This document shows positions 61,924 through 64,000 of a stretch of 64,000 nucleotides of DNA, one piece after another. The translations under genes and the position numbers were made by a program. Within the stretch, counting starts at the first letter, position 1; the number at the start of each line of letters is the position of its first letter. The stretch covers positions 32,001-96,000 of the forward strand of contig CAVZRV010000006.1 of NCBI GenBank assembly GCA_963777605.1, given 5' to 3'. The DNA comes from an uncultured Acidobacteriota bacterium (GTDB taxonomy: Bacteria; Acidobacteriota; UBA6911; RPQK01; JAPXNP01). Under the pieces are notes generated by a model. That model searched no databases. It saw only the letters and a program-made list of their open reading frames with translations, and was not told where the DNA came from.

Positions 61924-62517
61924 CTAACGGGGTTCGTTCAAGTTCGACACCGACGCGCCTCTCGATTCCCTCCCCACCAAGGTCATTCCCTGGACCATGT
62001 AGTGGAGGCCGGAAGCAACGGTAATCACCAGTGCCACGAAAACCAGAATATTCATGCCGGGTAAAGCCCGGCCAACGAAGTTGCTGCTCAGCACCAGGAG
62101 GACCAGGGCCAGTTGTACAACGGTGGTGCACTTTCCCAGTATGGATGGAGAAAACGCTCGGCGATCAATCGTCAGATTGAACACCAGGACGCTCAGTACG
62201 AGCAGGAGATCCCGACTGATCACGGTGATCGTCAGCCAGAGGGGGATTCGCACCACCAGGTCGAGAGACCCGAAGGTGAGGGCAGCAAAGGAACTCACCA
62301 GCAACAATTTGTCCGCAATCGGGTCAAGCAAGGTCCCGAGGGGAGTTTTCTTGCCCCATCTTCGCGCGATCAACCCGTCCAGGCCGTCGGTGATCCCCGC
62401 AATAACGAAGGCCCCGATCGCCCATCCAAAATGGCCGTAGACGATCAGCAGAATGAAGACGGGGACCAGGGCCATTCTCAAGACCGTCAATTGATTTGGG
62501 GATATGGGGGGCGCCAT
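61924..62517 (-). CDS. CDP-alcohol phosphatidyltransferase (PgsA-like)
   Basis: PNQLT and TDGLDGLIAR...G..LDPIADK. Confidence 0.93.
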   Translation of the reverse strand: MAPPISPNQLTVLRMALVPVFILLIVYGHFGWAIGAFVIAGITDGLDGLIARRWGKKTPLGTLLDPIADKLLLVSSFAALTFGSLDLVVRIPLWLTITVISRDLLLVLSVLVFNLTIDRRAFSPSILGKCTTVVQLALVLLVLSSNFVGRALPGMNILVFVALVITVASGLHYMVQGMTLVGRESRGASVSNLNEPR

Positions 62518-62538
62518 CAGGTCAATCTCCGATTCTCG

Positions 62539-64000
62539 TCACTGAGACCGCAACTCAGCAAAATCTCCACCAACTTCCGGCAACAGGTGATTGTCCACGA
62601 AGGCCCCAACCTCGGCCAGGGATCGCTGGACCACCAGTTCGCGACAGAGTTCGCTCAAAACCATTGCCGAAGTGCCCCGCAGCACCTCCTTCAAGCGGGG
62701 AATCGCAAACGACGTCATCGAAAGCTTTCTATAACCCAGCCCGACAAGGACAGCTGCGTAAAGCGGGTTCGCCGCCATCTCGCCACAGACCGCCACCTCT
62801 CTTCCGAATTCAGTAGCCACCCGGTGAATTCGCACGAGGCTCTTGAGAATAGCCGGGTGCAGCGGGTTGTACAGTTCGGCGACTTCATCATTCAGGCGGC
62901 CGGCCGCGAGAGTGTACTGGATCAGATCGTTCGTTCCAACCGCCAGAAACTCACACAGTGGTGCGATCGCCTCCAACGTCCAGACCGCCGCCGGAGTCTC
63001 AATCAAAACGCCGACCGGAATCGGCCCGCCGTCCGCAGTTCCGACATGCCGTTCCGCCTCGTCGATCAGCGCTCTCGCCTTGATCAACTCGTCCACGCTC
63101 GAGACCATGGGGAGGACGATGCGCAAGTCGCCATACTTCCGGGCCCGAACAATAGCACGGACCTGTTCCTGAAACCGCACGCGATCCGAAAGACTGTATC
63201 GGATTCCACGAAGCCCGAGAACCCCGGCCTCGTCACCCGCTGCAAAACGGGAATCATGGCCGCGCGCGACATCCAGCGTTCGAACGTCCGCCGTAAGAGG
63301 AGACACCGTCATGGCCAGCTTCTGGTACCACCGGAACTGCCTCTCCTCCTCTTCACCACCCTGGGCATCGCTCATGAAGAGGAATTCGGTCCGAAACAGC
63401 CCGATGCCTTCGGCTCCAAAACGGAGGGCAGATTCGACCTCGGCTCCGAATTCGGTGTTGGCAAGCAGGCGCACCCGCTGCCCGTCCAGAGTCAGGCACG
63501 GCTCTTCGTCAACCGAGTGCCCGCTTGGCTCGCTGCGTTCGAGAATTCGAACCCGCGTCTCCTGCAGAAACTCCCTTGACGTTCCAATTTCGACAACACC
63601 CCGGAAACCGTCCACACACAGGTAATCCCCGGTTCTGATCCGGTCTCGAAGATCGTCCACACCGGTGACCAGAGGAATCTGCAGCGAGCGGGCAATGATC
63701 GCCAAATGAGAATTCACCCCGGAACGGGCCGAAACCAGTCCCTGGACCCGTCCGAGCGGAAAACGGGCCAGCGTTGAAAGCCCGATCTCGGAACCCACCA
63801 GGATCACATCTTCCGATGGTTGAGACTCCGCCTCACTGACCAACTTCAGAAGATTGGCAAGAATCCGGTCGATCACTTCCTGGAAATCGAAGCCGCGATC
63901 CTTGAAAAACTCGTCTTCCAGGGATTCGTATGCTGAGAGGAGTTTCTCTGCCACATGACAAACGGCGTTTTCGGCGGTGTCGAGCCGCTCAGTAATCCGG
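62539..64000 (-). CDS. ptsI: PEP-protein phosphotransferase (PTS enzyme I), 5' truncated by window edge
   Basis: NSHLAIIAR phospho-His, GIGLFRTEFL, LGLRGIR, GTNDLIQY and CGEMA. Confidence 0.93.
   Translation of the reverse strand, partial: RITERLDTAENAVCHVAEKLLSAYESLEDEFFKDRGFDFQEVIDRILANLLKLVSEAESQPSEDVILVGSEIGLSTLARFPLGRVQGLVSARSGVNSHLAIIARSLQIPLVTGVDDLRDRIRTGDYLCVDGFRGVVEIGTSREFLQETRVRILERSEPSGHSVDEEPCLTLDGQRVRLLANTEFGAEVESALRFGAEGIGLFRTEFLFMSDAQGGEEEERQFRWYQKLAMTVSPLTADVRTLDVARGHDSRFAAGDEAGVLGLRGIRYSLSDRVRFQEQVRAIVRARKYGDLRIVLPMVSSVDELIKARALIDEAERHVGTADGGPIPVGVLIETPAAVWTLEAIAPLCEFLAVGTNDLIQYTLAAGRLNDEVAELYNPLHPAILKSLVRIHRVATEFGREVAVCGEMAANPLYAAVLVGLGYRKLSMTSFAIPRLKEVLRGTSAMVLSELCRELVVQRSLAEVGAFVDNHLLPEVGGDFAELRSQ

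Noticed and set aside
25629-63579. Many long overlapping opposite-strand ORFs in the core region
   Set aside because: Typical high-GC shadows of well-supported genes.

Overview
The window has two halves. The right half (about 25.2-64 kb) is clean, high-GC core chromosome of a diderm bacterium, probably Acidobacteriota (inferred from the Oar-like TonB receptor, paired MacB-type permeases and the clpC N-terminus). It carries tRNA-Lys(UUU), a GH2 beta-galactosidase, gcvP, gatB, miaA, lpxI-lpxA-fabZ-skp-skp-bamA, clpC, lolD-lolC/E, lysS, nusB, ribH and ptsI. The left half (1 to about 25.1 kb) is part of a mosaic integrative element inserted at the 3' end of tRNA-Lys, with a tyrosine integrase, Xis-like HTH, primase-like Rep, Replic_Relax relaxase and VirD4/TraD-like coupling ATPase. 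Two things stand out in the island. (1) A ubiquitin-like conjugation operon: a cryptic, frameshift-split E2 missed by the ORF track, short peptide ORFs, a JAB protease and an E1/ThiF enzyme, with no recognisable beta-grasp Ubl or CD-NTase, running directly into the mobilisation genes. (2) A roughly 10 kb block that looks archaeal (DPANN-like): TATA-box-like motifs about 25-30 nt upstream of several starts, a strong C/A strand skew independent of gene direction, a nucleotidyltransferase/small-protein pair and Cys-rich surface genes, ending at a poly-C tract. Frameshifts are dense in the island and nearly absent from the core, so sequencing error or chimeric assembly must be excluded. All family assignments come from motif recognition, not database searches.
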